Positions 31,664 through 45,597 of a stretch of DNA of 64,000 bases are shown here, one piece after another (within the stretch, counting starts at the first letter, position 1; the number at the start of each line of letters is the position of its first letter). The translations under genes and the position numbers were made by a program. The notes below the pieces were generated by a model. The model was not told the origin of the DNA, made no database searches, and worked only from the letters and a program-made list of their open reading frames with translations. Location: NCBI GenBank assembly GCA_963804565.1, contig CAWDQV010000001.1, forward strand, positions 229,134-293,133, given 5' to 3'. Source of the DNA: Candidatus Dormiibacterota bacterium (GTDB lineage: Bacteria > Chloroflexota > Dormibacteria > Aeolococcales > Bog-877).

Positions 31664-31977
31664 TGGATGGCCGGCACACGCAGAAAGCCCGCCGTCTTGA
31701 TACCGGCGTTGGCCAGCGCCTCCTCCGCGCTCAGACCGGGGGCGACCTCGTCGGCGCGCGTCACGTTGCGCAGCTCGCCCACCTGAGCCGTCGCCGTCAC
31801 TGAGGAGGTGTCTACGGACGACAGCTTGCCGACAGCTGCGACGATCACCTCGAGCTGCTCCGCCAGCGTCTCCAGCTCAGCCGGTGATAGGCCGAGCCGG
31901 GCCAGCCGGCTGACGTGGGCGACCTCCGAGCGGGCTATCGAGGCCGTCGCCGGTGCACTTCCTCGCTCTTCCGCCAC
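31660..31977 (-). CDS. gatC: Asp/Glu-tRNA amidotransferase subunit C
   Basis: VAHVSRLARL...RADEV...LANA...FLRVPAI; GTG start at 31977. Confidence 0.9.
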   Translation of the reverse strand: MAEERGSAPATASIARSEVAHVSRLARLGLSPAELETLAEQLEVIVAAVGKLSSVDTSSVTATAQVGELRNVTRADEVAPGLSAEEALANAGIKTAGFLRVPAIQ

Positions 31978-32026
31978 AGAGCCTGGATTATATGAGCGCT
32001 GAGATCGGCACTCAGGAGTTCGAACT

Positions 32027-34564
<2,538 letters not shown>

Positions 34565-36871
34565 CTAGCCGTCCAGTCGGCGCAGGACCGCATCACTGAC
34601 GGCGAAACCGGCGTTGCCCCGAGGACTCGAATTGGATCACCACCTCCTCCCCAGCTCCGGTGATCTCGCTGGCGCGGATCACACCTCTGCCAAACCGAGC
34701 GTGTTCGACTCGATCTCCTGCCTGGAACCGGCTCTCCAGCTGGGGCTTCTGATTCCGGGAGCAGTCGCATAGTCAAGACGGCATCCCGGGCTCGCCGCAG
34801 GGGCAGCGGTTGCCCCGGACCGCCACCGGAGCCACGAAGCGGCGGCCCTGACCCACCGGTCGGTCCTCCTGGTCCCAGGTCGGGCTGGGCCCGGCGTTCC
34901 AGTTCTCCACCTCGGCCTGTCCGCCCAGCGCAGCCAGGAAGCGGGACGGGATTGCCGGGGCGGGCTTCCATACACGTGCCGACGGAAGCAGTGACTCAGG
35001 TACAGGCGCTCGCTTGGCCCGAGTCATTCCAACGTAAAGCAACCGACGTTCCTCCTCGATCTCGGCCAGGGTATCCAGCGATCGGCTGTGAGGCAGCAGC
35101 CCCTCCTCCACACCGGTGATGAAGACGACCGGGAACTCCAATCCCTTGACCTGGTGGAGGGTGATCAGGGTCAACGCCGAGGGCGACTCGTCCATCTGGT
35201 CGACCTCTCCCGCCAGCGCCACCTGCTCGAGGAATACCGGCAGCGACTCGGCTGATGGGAGGTCTCCTTGCTCCGCTGCCAGCCCGCGCAGTTCGACCAC
35301 ATTGGCCCAGCGCTCCTCGCCTTCGAAGCTGCCGTCGCGAACGAACTGCCGGTATCCGCTGCGCTCCAGCAGCTTGTCCAGAACCGTGACCAGGGGCCAG
35401 GGCAGCACCCCACTCCGCCACCTCTTCGATCATCTCGCGGAAGCGGCGGAGGCCGGTCGCGGCTGCACCTCGGACCCCGACCGCCTGGGGATCTGCCAGG
35501 AGCTCCCAGTGGGAAACCCCCCGCTCAGAGGCGTGCCGCATCAGCTCGCTGAGCGACTGGGCCCCGATGCCTCGCTTGGGCACGTTCACCACCCTCTCGA
35601 AGGCCAGCCGGTCTCGTGGCGAGGCGAGCAGCCGGAGATAGGCCAGGACATCCTTCACCTCACGTCGCTGGTAGAAGCGAACTCCGCCCACCAACCGGTA
35701 GGGCATTCCAGCCCGCAGCAGGGTCTCCTCCAGGGCCCTGGATTGAGCGTTGGTCCGATAGAGAACTGCGATGTCGCCTAAATCTGCGTCTCCTTGGTCG
35801 ACCAGTCGGCGCGCCTCGCGCGCAACCGCGGCCGCCTCCTCCCGCTCGTCGTAGAGCTGGGCCACCACCACCGCCGTCCCGTCGGGACCTTCTGTCCAGA
35901 GACTCTTCTCGACTCGCTCCGAATTCTCCTTGATGACCGCCTGGGCGGCTGCCAGGATCGCCTTGGTGCTCCGGTAGTTTTGCTCCAGCGGGAATCACCA
36001 GCGCGTCCGGGTAATCGCGCTGGAACTCAAGGATGTTGCGGATGTCAGCGCCCCGCCAGCTGTAGACCGACTGATCAGGGTCACCGACGGCGGTGATGTG
36101 GCGGGTTTCCTCGACCAACTCGCGCAGCAATAGGTACTGGGCCCTGTTGGTGTCCTGGTACTCATCGACCAGGACATGGTCGAAGCGTTGCCGGTACCGG
36201 GCTCGCGCTTCGTCGGATTGCTGGAACAGCTCCACTGTGCGAAACAGCAGATCGTCGAAGTCGAGGGCACCGGCCGCTTCCAACAGCCCCTGGTACCTCG
36301 GATATACCGCGGCGACTTGGGACTCCACGTATCCGACCGCCTCTCAGCAAAGGCTCGCGCGTCCTTAAGTTCGTTCTTGGCCCTCGAGATCTCGGCGCCG
36401 GCCGCTCCGGGCTGAGCCGCTTCTCGTCCAGCCCCGCCTGCCGAATTGCTTCTTTGAGCAGCGCCGAGCGATCGACCTCGTCGTAGATCACGAAGTTGCG
36501 CGGGACGCCGATCAGCTCTCCCCGATCTCGAAGGATGCGGGCGCTGCAGGCGTGGAAGGTACCGAGCCACATGCCATGTGGCTCCGAGCCCAAGAGTGTG
36601 GTGATCCGCCCCCGCATCTCTCTGGCCGCCTTGTTGGTGAATGTCACCGCCAGGACCCGGTCGGGAGTGCCCTCCGCTGCGCCAACAGGTATGCGATGCG
36701 GTGGGTCAGCACCCGCGTCTTGCCGGATCCAGCCCCCGCCAGAACCAGCACCGGCTGATCGGGCGCCGAAACCGCCTCTTGCTGAGCAGGGTTGAGGCCG
36801 CGAAGTAGCGCCTGGCCTGGTTCTTCGACCAGAGAGGCGTGCAGCCGGCCCACGACCGAGGGCTGAGTCAC
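34565..36871 (-). CDS. pcrA: ATP-dependent DNA helicase PcrA/UvrD (multiple frameshifts)
   Basis: [61 protein letters not shown] and C-terminal Tudor motif [12 protein letters not shown]. Confidence 0.93.
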
Positions 36872-37746
36872 TCGCGAACTGGGGATCGACCGGCGCTGAG
36901 CTCACCGTATAGATCAGGCCGACGGTCGCCGATGGCGTGATTGCGGGGGGTGCGCTGCTTGCGGGCTGCGGCGTCGGCCAGATTCAAGTCGGCCAGCAGA
37001 AGCGTCTCGTCCAGGATTGGTGCCGGCCCGGCCAGGAGCCAGCCCTCCGGACCGACGACGCAGCTCCCGCCGATGAACTCGACGTCTCGCTCGGTGCCGA
37101 TCCGATCTGCGGCGGCGACGAAGACCTGGTTTTGCGTGGCCACGGCAACGGAGGCGTAATTGCCCATGATCCAGCCGCGCTCATCGCTGATCCTGCGGCG
37201 AAAATTGCCCACCCAGTTGGTCGGGACGCAGATCAGATCGGCGCCCGCCAGGGCCAGCACCCGAGCCGCCTCGGGAAACCAGAGGTCATAGCAGACCAAG
37301 ATGCCCACCTTGCCGAACGGCAGTTCGAACACCGGGAATCCGCTGTCTCCGGGCAGGAAGTAGCTCTGCTCGTCGTAGAAAAGGTGGGCTTTGCGGTACA
37401 CCCCAATCAACCCGTCCGGGCCTAACATCGCGGCCGAGTTGAATCTTCCAGACTCCGTTCTCTCACAGAATCCAGCCACCACGAAGACTCCGAGCCTCCG
37501 GCAACTCTCCGCCCACCTACTCAGGGCCAAACCGCCAACTTCCTCGGACGCGGCACCCGCTTCTGCCTCGCTGGCAAACGCATAGCCGGAGGATGCCAGC
37601 TCGGGCAGGACGATCAACTTGGCGCCGCCATCGGCAGCTCGAGCGATCCATCGAGCCCCTCGGTCGGCGTTGCCTTGGGGATCCCCTAGCTGCGGCGCGT
37701 ACTGGCACACCGCAACCTTGAGGAGCGGGTTCTGAGGCATCTTCAC
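36868..37746 (-). CDS. Nitrilase / carbon-nitrogen hydrolase family protein
   Basis: Glu-Lys-Cys triad in LPEL, YRKAHL and VCYDLWFPE; C-terminal DRRPDLY. Confidence 0.92.
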   Translation of the reverse strand: MKMPQNPLLKVAVCQYAPQLGDPQGNADRGARWIARAADGGAKLIVLPELASSGYAFASEAEAGAASEEVGGLALSRWAESCRRLGVFVVAGFCERTESGRFNSAAMLGPDGLIGVYRKAHLFYDEQSYFLPGDSGFPVFELPFGKVGILVCYDLWFPEAARVLALAGADLICVPTNWVGNFRRRISDERGWIMGNYASVAVATQNQVFVAAADRIGTERDVEFIGGSCVVGPEGWLLAGPAPILDETLLLADLNLADAAARKQRTPRNHAIGDRRPDLYGELSAGRSPVRE

Positions 37747-37766
37747 ATTGTCCGCCCGCCAGGCGG

Positions 37767-39452
37767 TCAGAAGTCCATGTCCCCCATGCCGCCCATGCCA
37801 CCCATCCCGCCCATGCCACCCATCCCGCCCATGCCGCCCATGCCGTCGTCACCACCCCCGCCGGGGAGCGCGGCCTCAAGCTCGGGAACGTCCGCAACCA
37901 GTGCCTGAGTCGTAAGCAGAAGGGCTGCGACCGACGCTGCACTCTGCAGGCTGGTCTTGACCACCTTGGTCGGATCGATGATTCCCGCCGCCAGCAGGTC
38001 CCCGTACTTCATTGAGGAGAGGTCCAGACCCTCGGTCTGACCCATCGCCAGCACCTTCTCCAGCACCACCGACCCGTCCAATCCGGCGTTGGCCGCCAAC
38101 TGACGAGTGGGGACCTGGAGGGCACGGCGGACGATGTCAAAGCCGGTCTTTTCGTCATCCGTTCCGTCGAGCGCGGCTAGTCCGGCCGCCGCCACCAGCA
38201 GGCTCCGTCCCCCGCCCGGCAGGATCCCCTCGGCGACGGCCGCTCGAGTGGCGTCGAGGGCGTCTTCAACTCGCTCCTTGCGCTCTTTGAGAGCGGTCTC
38301 GGTGTGTGCCCCGACCTTGATCACCGCCACCCCCCCGACGAGGTGAGCTTTCCGCTCCTGATACTTCTCCCGGTCCCAGTCCGAATCGGTCAGCTCGATC
38401 TGCTGATCGATCTCCCTGACCCTGGCTCGGACCTGCTCCTCGCTGCCGCCGCCTTCAACGATTGTCGTGTCGTCTTTGGTGACGACTACGCGACGCGCCG
38501 ATCCGAGCTGGGAGAGCGTCAGGCCTTCAAGCGTGAGTCCGAGTTCCTCCGAGATCACCTGGGATCCCGTGAGCACTGCGATGTCCTCGAGCATGGCGGT
38601 ACGCCGGTCACCGAATCCGGGCGCCTTGACCGCGCAGGCGGAGATCGTTCCCCGCACCTTGTTGACCACCAACGTAGCCAAGGCCTCGCCCTCGATGTCC
38701 TCGGCGATCACGAGGAGCGGTCGTCCCGCCTTCACTGCCAACTCCATCGCCGGAACGATGTCGACGATGGCCGACAACTTCCTCGGAGTGATCAAGATCA
38801 GTGGCTGGTCGAGGACCGCCTCCATCCCCTTCTGGTCGGTGACCAGATAGGCGGAGACGAAGCCCCGGTCCAACTGCATCCCGTCAACCACCTTGACCTC
38901 AGTCTCGATCCCTGAGGACTCCTCGACGGTGATAACCCCTTCCGAGGTGACCCTCTCCATGGCGTCTGCGATCATGGTGCCGATCTCCTGGCTGCCACTG
39001 GCGATGGTCGCCACCTGGGCGATGTCCTCACGGCCCTTGAGCGGACGGCTCTGTCGGTCCAACTCAACCAGGGCCAGCTGTGTCGCCTTCTCAATGCCCC
39101 GCTTCAGGCCAACCGGAGACGCCCCGGACGCCAGGTTCCTCACGCCCTCCTCAACCATCGCCTCGGCTAGGAGGGCTGCCGTCGTTGTCCCATCCCCGGC
39201 CAGGTCGTTGGCACGGCGAGATGCCTCGACCAGCAGCTGCGCTCCCATGTTCTCGAAGTGGTCGGGTAGTTCAATGTCCCGGACGATGGTCGCGCCATCG
39301 GTGGTGATCTGGGGACTGCCATAACGGCGATCGATCACCACCGATCGGCCGCGCGGGCCCAGCGTGGGCCTCACCGCGGCCGCCACCTGGGCCGTGCCCC
39401 GGAGCAAAGCGTCGCGGGCTTGGTCGTCGAACTTCAGCTGCTTGGCTGGCAC
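37767..39452 (-). CDS. groEL: Chaperonin GroEL
   Basis: [31 protein letters not shown] and a GGM tail. Confidence 0.97.
   Translation of the reverse strand: MPAKQLKFDDQARDALLRGTAQVAAAVRPTLGPRGRSVVIDRRYGSPQITTDGATIVRDIELPDHFENMGAQLLVEASRRANDLAGDGTTTAALLAEAMVEEGVRNLASGASPVGLKRGIEKATQLALVELDRQSRPLKGREDIAQVATIASGSQEIGTMIADAMERVTSEGVITVEESSGIETEVKVVDGMQLDRGFVSAYLVTDQKGMEAVLDQPLILITPRKLSAIVDIVPAMELAVKAGRPLLVIAEDIEGEALATLVVNKVRGTISACAVKAPGFGDRRTAMLEDIAVLTGSQVISEELGLTLEGLTLSQLGSARRVVVTKDDTTIVEGGGSEEQVRARVREIDQQIELTDSDWDREKYQERKAHLVGGVAVIKVGAHTETALKERKERVEDALDATRAAVAEGILPGGGRSLLVAAAGLAALDGTDDEKTGFDIVRRALQVPTRQLAANAGLDGSVVLEKVLAMGQTEGLDLSSMKYGDLLAAGIIDPTKVVKTSLQSAASVAALLLTTQALVADVPELEAALPGGGGDDGMGGMGGMGGMGGMGGMGGMGDMDF
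37782..37844 (-). repeat. 9-bp coding tandem repeat (GGM tail of GroEL)
   Basis: About seven ATGGGCGGC-like units. Confidence 0.85.
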
Positions 39453-39531
39453 TTGATGATCACTCCTAGGCTTGCGGCGGGGCTCGCGGCGACCCTACAG
39501 GGCGGGTCCCGCGAGCCCTCGGCTCATCGGT

Positions 39532-39843
39532 TCAGGACTTGCCGTTGGACGCGACCACGGCCAGGATGTCTCGCTCGGAGAGGATCAGGTAGTCCTGCTC
39601 TTCGATCTTGATTTCAGATCCCGAATACTTGGCATAGATCACCCGGTCGCCGACCGCCACGTCGAGGGCGACGCGCTGCCCGGTCTGCTCGTTGTACTTA
39701 CCATTGCCGACCGCCTCGATCAGGCCCTCTTGCGGCTTCTCCTTGGCGGTGTCGGGGAGGACGATTCCACTCTTGGTGGTCTCTTCCCGCTCCAGCGGCT
39801 TGACGACGACACGGTCGGCCAGTGGCCGTAGCTTTAGGGCCAT
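39532..39843 (-). CDS. groES: Co-chaperonin GroES
   Basis: [35 protein letters not shown]; AGGAGG RBS. Confidence 0.98.
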   Translation of the reverse strand: MALKLRPLADRVVVKPLEREETTKSGIVLPDTAKEKPQEGLIEAVGNGKYNEQTGQRVALDVAVGDRVIYAKYSGSEIKIEEQDYLILSERDILAVVASNGKS

Positions 39844-39861
39844 TCCCTACCTCCTGCACTA

Positions 39862-39888
39862 TTAGCACTCAACCCTCGTGAGTGCTAA
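39862..39888. promoter_or_regulatory. CIRCE element (HrcA operator)
   Basis: Perfect TTAGCACTC-N9-GAGTGCTAA, immediately downstream of a TAGACT -10 box (39895-39890) upstream of groES. Confidence 0.97.
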
Positions 39889-39984
39889 TAGTCTATCCCG
39901 ACGAGACTCCCATCTGCAAGTCCGCTCCGGGAACCCAGCGCATCTCCGCTCAGGGCGCACCCAGCGGCTACTATCCCGGAGTTC

Positions 39985-40977
39985 ATGCCGCCCCCAGTAG
40001 AGCCCCGGTCGCCGACCAGCCAGCGGATCGTCGACTACGACAGTGGCTTCGACTATTGCGCCTTCTGGGGCAACCGCGACTACGAGCAGTGGGTCGAGGC
40101 ACGCACCCTGCGCCGGCTGCTACCCCGATTGGGCCGAGTGGACTGGTTCGCCGACTTCGGTGGGGGTTACGGGCGAAACGCCATCCACTACCGCGCCGTC
40201 GCCGAACACGTGATCTTGGTCGACTACTCAGTGGCCCAGCTCACCAGCGCTGCCGAGCGGCTGACTTCGGAGATTCTCGCCGGCAGGGTACACCTGATCC
40301 GTGCCGACCTGGGCCGGCTCCCGCTGATCGACTCGGCGGTGGACGCCGCCATGGTGGTCCGAGTCCTCCACCACATGAGCGACGCCGAGCAATGCCTCAC
40401 CGAAATGGCTCGTGTGGTGGCCGGCCGGTGGCTGGTCGACGTCCCGATCAAGCACCACATTCTCGGCCGTTTTCGAGCACTCCTTAAAGGACGCCCCGGT
40501 CAGATCTCGAACGCTGAGCCGGTCGTCACCGGCTCCACCGACTATCCGTTCTGGACATTCCAGTTGGCCGCGATTCGCTCCTGCCTCGATCGAGCTGGCT
40601 TTCGCAGTCAACTCCTGGCCAGCGTCAACAACCTACGGCGATGGGATCAGGTTCTCCCCGGCGCGGCGGTCAAGCCACTCAGACCCCTCGCCTACGCGGT
40701 TGAGCGGGCGGCCCAACCTCTGGGTCGAGGATGGTGGGGGCCCAGCCAATTCCTCCTCGCTAGCCGGAACTCCCCACAGGCGCGCGTCCTGCGAGAGCAA
40801 CCGAGCGGGCTTTCACCGGACCTCGCGGATTTCGCACGGCGAATCTGCTGTCCCGTTTGCCGGGACAGACTCTCCTGGAGTGATGTCGAAGCCCGCTGCG
40901 GCGGATGTGAGCGAAGCTATCGGCGAGAGGGTGCGGTCTGGGACTTCACCGTGGCCTCGGGGAGGACCGCCGCCTGA
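39985..40977 (+). CDS. Class I SAM methyltransferase with C-terminal zinc ribbon
   Basis: ADFGGGYGR, LVDYS, VRVLHH; C-terminal CPVC-x12-CGGC..Y...VWDF. Confidence 0.82.
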   Translation: MPPPVEPRSPTSQRIVDYDSGFDYCAFWGNRDYEQWVEARTLRRLLPRLGRVDWFADFGGGYGRNAIHYRAVAEHVILVDYSVAQLTSAAERLTSEILAGRVHLIRADLGRLPLIDSAVDAAMVVRVLHHMSDAEQCLTEMARVVAGRWLVDVPIKHHILGRFRALLKGRPGQISNAEPVVTGSTDYPFWTFQLAAIRSCLDRAGFRSQLLASVNNLRRWDQVLPGAAVKPLRPLAYAVERAAQPLGRGWWGPSQFLLASRNSPQARVLREQPSGLSPDLADFARRICCPVCRDRLSWSDVEARCGGCERSYRREGAVWDFTVASGRTAA

Positions 40978-41113
40978 CCCTCCGGGGTCGGGTCAATCGT
41001 TGCCGACTTGGTCGATCCCGCAGCCAGCCCTGGCGGCGCCGGCTGGCCGCACGTCGAAGGACCAGCGTGGCGACCGGGTGAGATCAGGGGCGGTTAGTTT
41101 TCCGGATTGCCGC

Positions 41114-42109
41114 TCAGACGTAGGCGCGGAGTCCGGGCTCAACGTCAAACGGCTCCACGTCGAAGCCTGCGCGGGCCACCTTGGTCCAGGCCGCCGCTCC
41201 GATCATGGCGGCGTTGTCAGTGCACAATTCCGGTGCCGGGATAGTGACCGTCGCGATGCCCTCGAGACGCTCCCGGGCAAGCCTCCTAAGCAGCTGGTTG
41301 CTCGCCACTCCGCCGGCCAGGACAACCTGTGTGCTACCGGTGTGCTCGACCGCTGCTTCCAGCTGGATACAGAGAGTCTCGACCGCCGCAAGCTGGAAGC
41401 TCGCGGCGACGTCGGCGACCTGTTGGGCGCCCAGTTCGCCCAGTTCGCGCACCAGGTAGAGGACCGCCGTCTTCAATCCACTGAACGAGAAGGCGAAGTC
41501 AGGAAGCACCGGTCGCGGTAGGCGATACCGCTTCGGGTCGCCACCGGCTGCGACTCGATCGATCGCGGGCCCGCCCGGGTAGGGCAGACCGAGCATGCGA
41601 GCCACCTTGTCGAACGCCTCGCCGACCGCGTCGTCCCGGGTAGCTCCCAGCAGCAGCACCCGGTCGTGGGCCTGGTAATGGATCAAGTCGGTGTGGCCGC
41701 CACTCACCACCAGCGCTACGAAGGGCGGCTCCAGAGCCGGGTCTTCGATCCGAGCTGCCAAGACGTGGCCGCTCATGTGATTGACCCCCACGACCGGCAG
41801 CTCCAGCCCGGCGGCGAGGGTCTGGGCGTAGGTCACGCCCACCGCCAGACAACCCACCAGCCCGGGTCCTTTGGCGACAGCCACCCCGTCGAGCGAGTTT
41901 CGGAGCCCGCCGGTGCCCAGGACCGCCTCCCCGACGACCGAGGCGATCCGCTCCAGGTGCATCCGTGCCGCCAGCTCGGGGACTACTCCGCCGAACTCGG
42001 CGTGGGTGGCCGCTTGGGAGGCGACCACCGAACTCTCCACGGTGAAATCGTCTCTGACCACTGCGGCGGCGGTCTCGTCGCAGGAGGTCTCGAGCGCGAG
42101 AAGCCTCAA
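41114..42109 (-). CDS. tsaD: tRNA N6-adenosine threonylcarbamoyltransferase
   Basis: LETSCDET, HMSGH, SGGHT, GEAFDK, TDNAAMI. Confidence 0.97.
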   Translation of the reverse strand: MRLLALETSCDETAAAVVRDDFTVESSVVASQAATHAEFGGVVPELAARMHLERIASVVGEAVLGTGGLRNSLDGVAVAKGPGLVGCLAVGVTYAQTLAAGLELPVVGVNHMSGHVLAARIEDPALEPPFVALVVSGGHTDLIHYQAHDRVLLLGATRDDAVGEAFDKVARMLGLPYPGGPAIDRVAAGGDPKRYRLPRPVLPDFAFSFSGLKTAVLYLVRELGELGAQQVADVAASFQLAAVETLCIQLEAAVEHTGSTQVVLAGGVASNQLLRRLARERLEGIATVTIPAPELCTDNAAMIGAAAWTKVARAGFDVEPFDVEPGLRAYV

Positions 42110-42664
42110 CGGGGAGGGAAGTCCTCTTCGGGTGGCGCGCCTAGGCCCTCGATCTCCAGGTGGTCAAGGATCTCCAGGAAACGCCGCTTGAACTCCGGGG
42201 CGTGGATGAGATCTGACCACATGACCAGGGCGTCTTCGCCGTTGTCTGTGTAGTATCCCCGTCGCCGACCGATCACCTTGAAGCCGAAGGTCTCGTAAAG
42301 ATGGATCGCGGGTTCGTTGTTGGGTCGCACCTCCAGGCTGATGAAGTTGGCCCTCAGCGCGTAGGACCGGTTGACCAGAGCCGCAAAGATGGCTCTGCCA
42401 TAACCCATGCCCCTGGCACGCTGCGGCGACCCCGATGGTGGTTACGTGAGACTCCTCGCCAACCGCCCACAGGCCTCCGTAGCCGACCACCTTGCGGTTG
42501 CGACGTAGGCAGAGGTAATGGGCGGCCCGATTGTTATTGAGTTCGCGCTGATATGCGCTTCCCGGCCACGGGGTGGGGAAAACCGCCAACTCGATCGCCC
42601 TTACGTCGCTGATGTCCTCGTCGCGCATCGGGCTGACTTGCAGCTGTTCGCCGATCAGGACCAC
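42106..42664 (-). CDS. rimI: Ribosomal-protein N-acetyltransferase RimI-like (frameshift near 42410)
   Basis: FPTPW, HVTTIGV..QG and LEVRPNN..LYETFGF..RRGYY in two frames. Confidence 0.88.
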
Positions 42665-43320
42665 TACCGCGCTCCTACTGTGTCCGGGTAGTCCGCTGTG
42701 ATGCGATCGTACCCCGAGATCGGGGTCAGCCCGTCGGCCACCAACCAGGCTAGCGCCATTCTCCGGTCCCGGACCGGGGAGATCGAGGTAGTCGTCCCGG
42801 GCAGCTTGCGGCCCTCACCCATGGTGCCCACTGCCAGTGACGGTGCCGCCCACAACCCTGGCCAGGCGACTCCCCTGGGTAGCAACCCAGCACGGCCTCC
42901 CGCACGCCACCTGGTTGAGCGCCCGTCCCGTGGTTCCGGCACAAACAGCTGCCCGAACGTCCCGCCCCGCCCCGCGTCGGCCAGCGCCAGCACGGACTCG
43001 GTCCCCGGATCGCAGTGGGCTGCGACCACCTCCAGACTCCCGACCAACGTGACAGGGATGGCGAGAGACTGGGCCGCCCCCAGCGCCGCCGCCAGAGCGG
43101 AGCGGACACCCATGAAGGACCCGGGGCCTCGAACTGCGACCACGGATTGGATGACACCCCGATAGGCTCGCAACGCCTCGCGCACGGCCGAGGTCAGGAC
43201 CGGATGGGGCAATCCCCCGGGAGCGCTCCATGCGATCTCACCTCCGCGGGCAACCACGAGTGCCAGGGGGTCATCCCTCTGGGACCCGTCCACCGCTAAA
43301 GCCCAATCGACGGCGCCCAC
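42664..43320 (-). CDS. tsaB: t6A biosynthesis protein TsaB (divergent)
   Basis: RGPGSFMGVR, SLE and DAGRG motifs; position between tsaE and rimI. Confidence 0.82.
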   Translation of the reverse strand: MGAVDWALAVDGSQRDDPLALVVARGGEIAWSAPGGLPHPVLTSAVREALRAYRGVIQSVVAVRGPGSFMGVRSALAAALGAAQSLAIPVTLVGSLEVVAAHCDPGTESVLALADAGRGGTFGQLFVPEPRDGRSTRWRAGGRAGLLPRGVAWPGLWAAPSLAVGTMGEGRKLPGTTTSISPVRDRRMALAWLVADGLTPISGYDRITADYPDTVGAR

Positions 43321-43321
43321 G

Positions 43322-43748
43322 TCAGGGGCCGCCCGTGAGACCCGGGCGAAGCCGCAGGCGGATCGACCGCTCCGATGCCGACTCGATCTCGAGGGAGATC
43401 TGCCCGCTGAACCAGTCTGCCGCGGTTCGCTCCGGCCACTCCACGATTACCGCCCCGTCCAAGAGCGCTTCGTCGATGCCGAGCGAGCGCAGGTCAAACC
43501 CGCTTTCCAGTCGGTACAGGTCGAGATGGTGTACGGGCAGCCGCCCTTGGTAGATCGCGTGGAGCAGGAAGGTCGGGCTACGGACGTCGCCGCCCCCCCT
43601 GCACCCTCCACAATGCCTTGAGCGATCACAGTCTTCCCGGCGCCTAGTCCCCCAGAGAGCGCCAGGCAGTCCCCGGCCCCAACCGAGCCCCGATCGCTCT
43701 CCCGAGCGCCCTAGTGTCCTCAGCGGATTTGCTGCGCACCTCCGTCAT
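43322..43748 (-). CDS. tsaE: t6A biosynthesis ATPase TsaE (two frameshifts in G-runs)
   Basis: Manual reading across frames gives LSGGLGAGKT, VRSPTFLL, HLDLYRL and IVEWPE. Confidence 0.88.
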
Positions 43749-43758
43749 CGCTCGTGAG

Positions 43759-44784
43759 TTAGAAGTGCCGGAATCCACCCGCGGTGGGAGCCTCAACCTG
43801 CTCCCCCCCCCTGGTCCGAAAAAGACGGATTCCCGCTTGGTCGGTGACCAACCCGATCAAGGTGACCGCAGGCAGCGCTCGCTCCCAGCTTCCAACCACC
43901 GCGGTCGCCTGGTGCTCGGGGATCGCTGCCAGCAACTCGAAGTCCTCTCCCCCGGTCAGGACGCGTTCCAGATCCGCGAGGGTATTGCCAACTCCACTGC
44001 CCCTCGGGACCTGGTCAAGCCAGAGGTCCGCGCCCACCCCGCTCGCCTGGCAGAGTCGCTCTAGGTCGAGCAGTAGGCCGTCGCTGATATCGGTCATGGC
44101 CGTCGCCCCAGCCCGCCGGAGGGCAAGCCCCGCCTCGACCCGAGATTGGGGGGTAACCAGGCGCTCGAGCCAGGCCTGCGGCACCGGCTTGGTGCCGGCC
44201 TCCACAAGTTGAAGTGCGGACGCCGCCAGACCAAGGGAACCGGTGACGACCAACTGGTCTCTTGGGGACGCTCCGCCTAGGGTCACCGGGTCGCCGTCGG
44301 GCACCTCCCCAATCACCGTCACGGTAACCACGAGTGGACCGGGGGAACGGCTCAGATCCCCACCAGCGACGGCCGCGCAATCGACGGCCGCGGCCTCGAC
44401 CAGCCCCAGTTGGATCGCCTGCAGCGCACTCGCCGTTGTGTCATCGGGCAAGGCGAGCGCAACCAGACCACCTTTGGGGGTCGCTCCCATGGCTGAAAGG
44501 TCGGAGACCGCCGCCATCCAGGCTTTCCAGCCGACCTGATATGGGGTCTGGTACTGACGGCGGAAGTCGACGTCTTCGCAGAGTGTGTCGATCGAGCTGA
44601 CCACCAGTCCATGTGCTGGCGCGCGCCAGGCTGCGGCATCATCGCCCGGTCCGACCTCACTCTCTGTCAGGGGATTTCCGGCGATGTGCATCAGCAGTCG
44701 CAGCAGGGCGGTCTCACCTACCGAGGAGATCGGATCTCCATCACCCCACCCTGCTTGGCGAAGCGAGTTCGTCGAGGACGCCAA
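43759..44784 (-). CDS. thiL: Thiamine-monophosphate kinase
   Basis: GPGDDAA, SDLSAMGA, GGD, DISDGL, GGEDFEL. Confidence 0.95.
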   Translation of the reverse strand: MASSTNSLRQAGWGDGDPISSVGETALLRLLMHIAGNPLTESEVGPGDDAAAWRAPAHGLVVSSIDTLCEDVDFRRQYQTPYQVGWKAWMAAVSDLSAMGATPKGGLVALALPDDTTASALQAIQLGLVEAAAVDCAAVAGGDLSRSPGPLVVTVTVIGEVPDGDPVTLGGASPRDQLVVTGSLGLAASALQLVEAGTKPVPQAWLERLVTPQSRVEAGLALRRAGATAMTDISDGLLLDLERLCQASGVGADLWLDQVPRGSGVGNTLADLERVLTGGEDFELLAAIPEHQATAVVGSWERALPAVTLIGLVTDQAGIRLFRTRGGEQVEAPTAGGFRHF

Positions 44785-44795
44785 CCGAGGCGGAC

Positions 44796-45597
44796 TCAGC
44801 GGACGACCGAGGGCGCGGTCTGGGGCAGCCCCTCCGTGGGGCTGCTGGCGCCGTAGCCGGCAGCCGGTCGTTTCTCAGCCAGCCCGGCACAGTAGGCAGA
44901 TCGACCGGCGCGCACTCCGGCCGCGAATGCCCCCGCCATGGCGACCGGATCCCTGGCGTGGGCTATGCCGGTGTTGACCAGGACCCCGGCGGCTCCCCAT
45001 TCCATGACCCTGGTGGCGTCGGAGGGCGAGCCCAGTCCGGCATCCACGATAACCGGCACCGGGCACCTGTCGATGATTGCCCGGATGTTGTGCGGGTTGA
45101 GCACGCCGAGGGTGGACCCGATTGGTGCTGCTCCGGGCATCACCGCGGCCGCCCCGGCCTCCGCCAGACGCAGTGCCAGGCCAACGTCGTCGCTGGCGTA
45201 CGGGCAGCACGATGAACCCGTCCGCGACCAGCTCGGTAGTTGCCTCGAGAGTCGCGATCGGATCGGGTAAGAGCGTCTCTTCATCCCCAACGACCTCGAT
45301 CTTTATGAACTCGGAGAGTCCGGCCGCTCGCGCCAACCGGGCCAGCCTTACCGACTCCGCCGCCGTCTTCGCCCCAGCCGTATTAGGCAGGACGGTATAG
45401 CACCCAAGGTCGAGTTCGGACAGTTCCGATCGGTGGTCGCCATCAAGGTGCAGTCTGCGTACCGCGACGGTTATCATCTGCGCTCCCGACGCGCGGATCG
45501 CCTCGGCCAGTACCGCGGCGGAGGGAAATTTTCCCGTGCCATGGATGAGCCGCGAGGTCAGTTCCACCTCGCCGATTCGAAGCGGGCTGTCAGCCAC
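44796..45597 (-). CDS. thiG: Thiazole synthase (frameshift near 45207)
   Basis: GTGKF, LPNTAG, IKIEV, VMP..APIGS, VDAGLGSPSDA, ASSP. Confidence 0.93.

Noticed and set aside
37782-37844. Tandem repeat as a CRISPR array or VNTR
   Set aside because: It encodes the ordinary GGM tail of GroEL. The repeat near 50856-50900 likewise encodes the CdaR Pro-Thr tail. No CRISPR repeat-spacer array was seen in the window.
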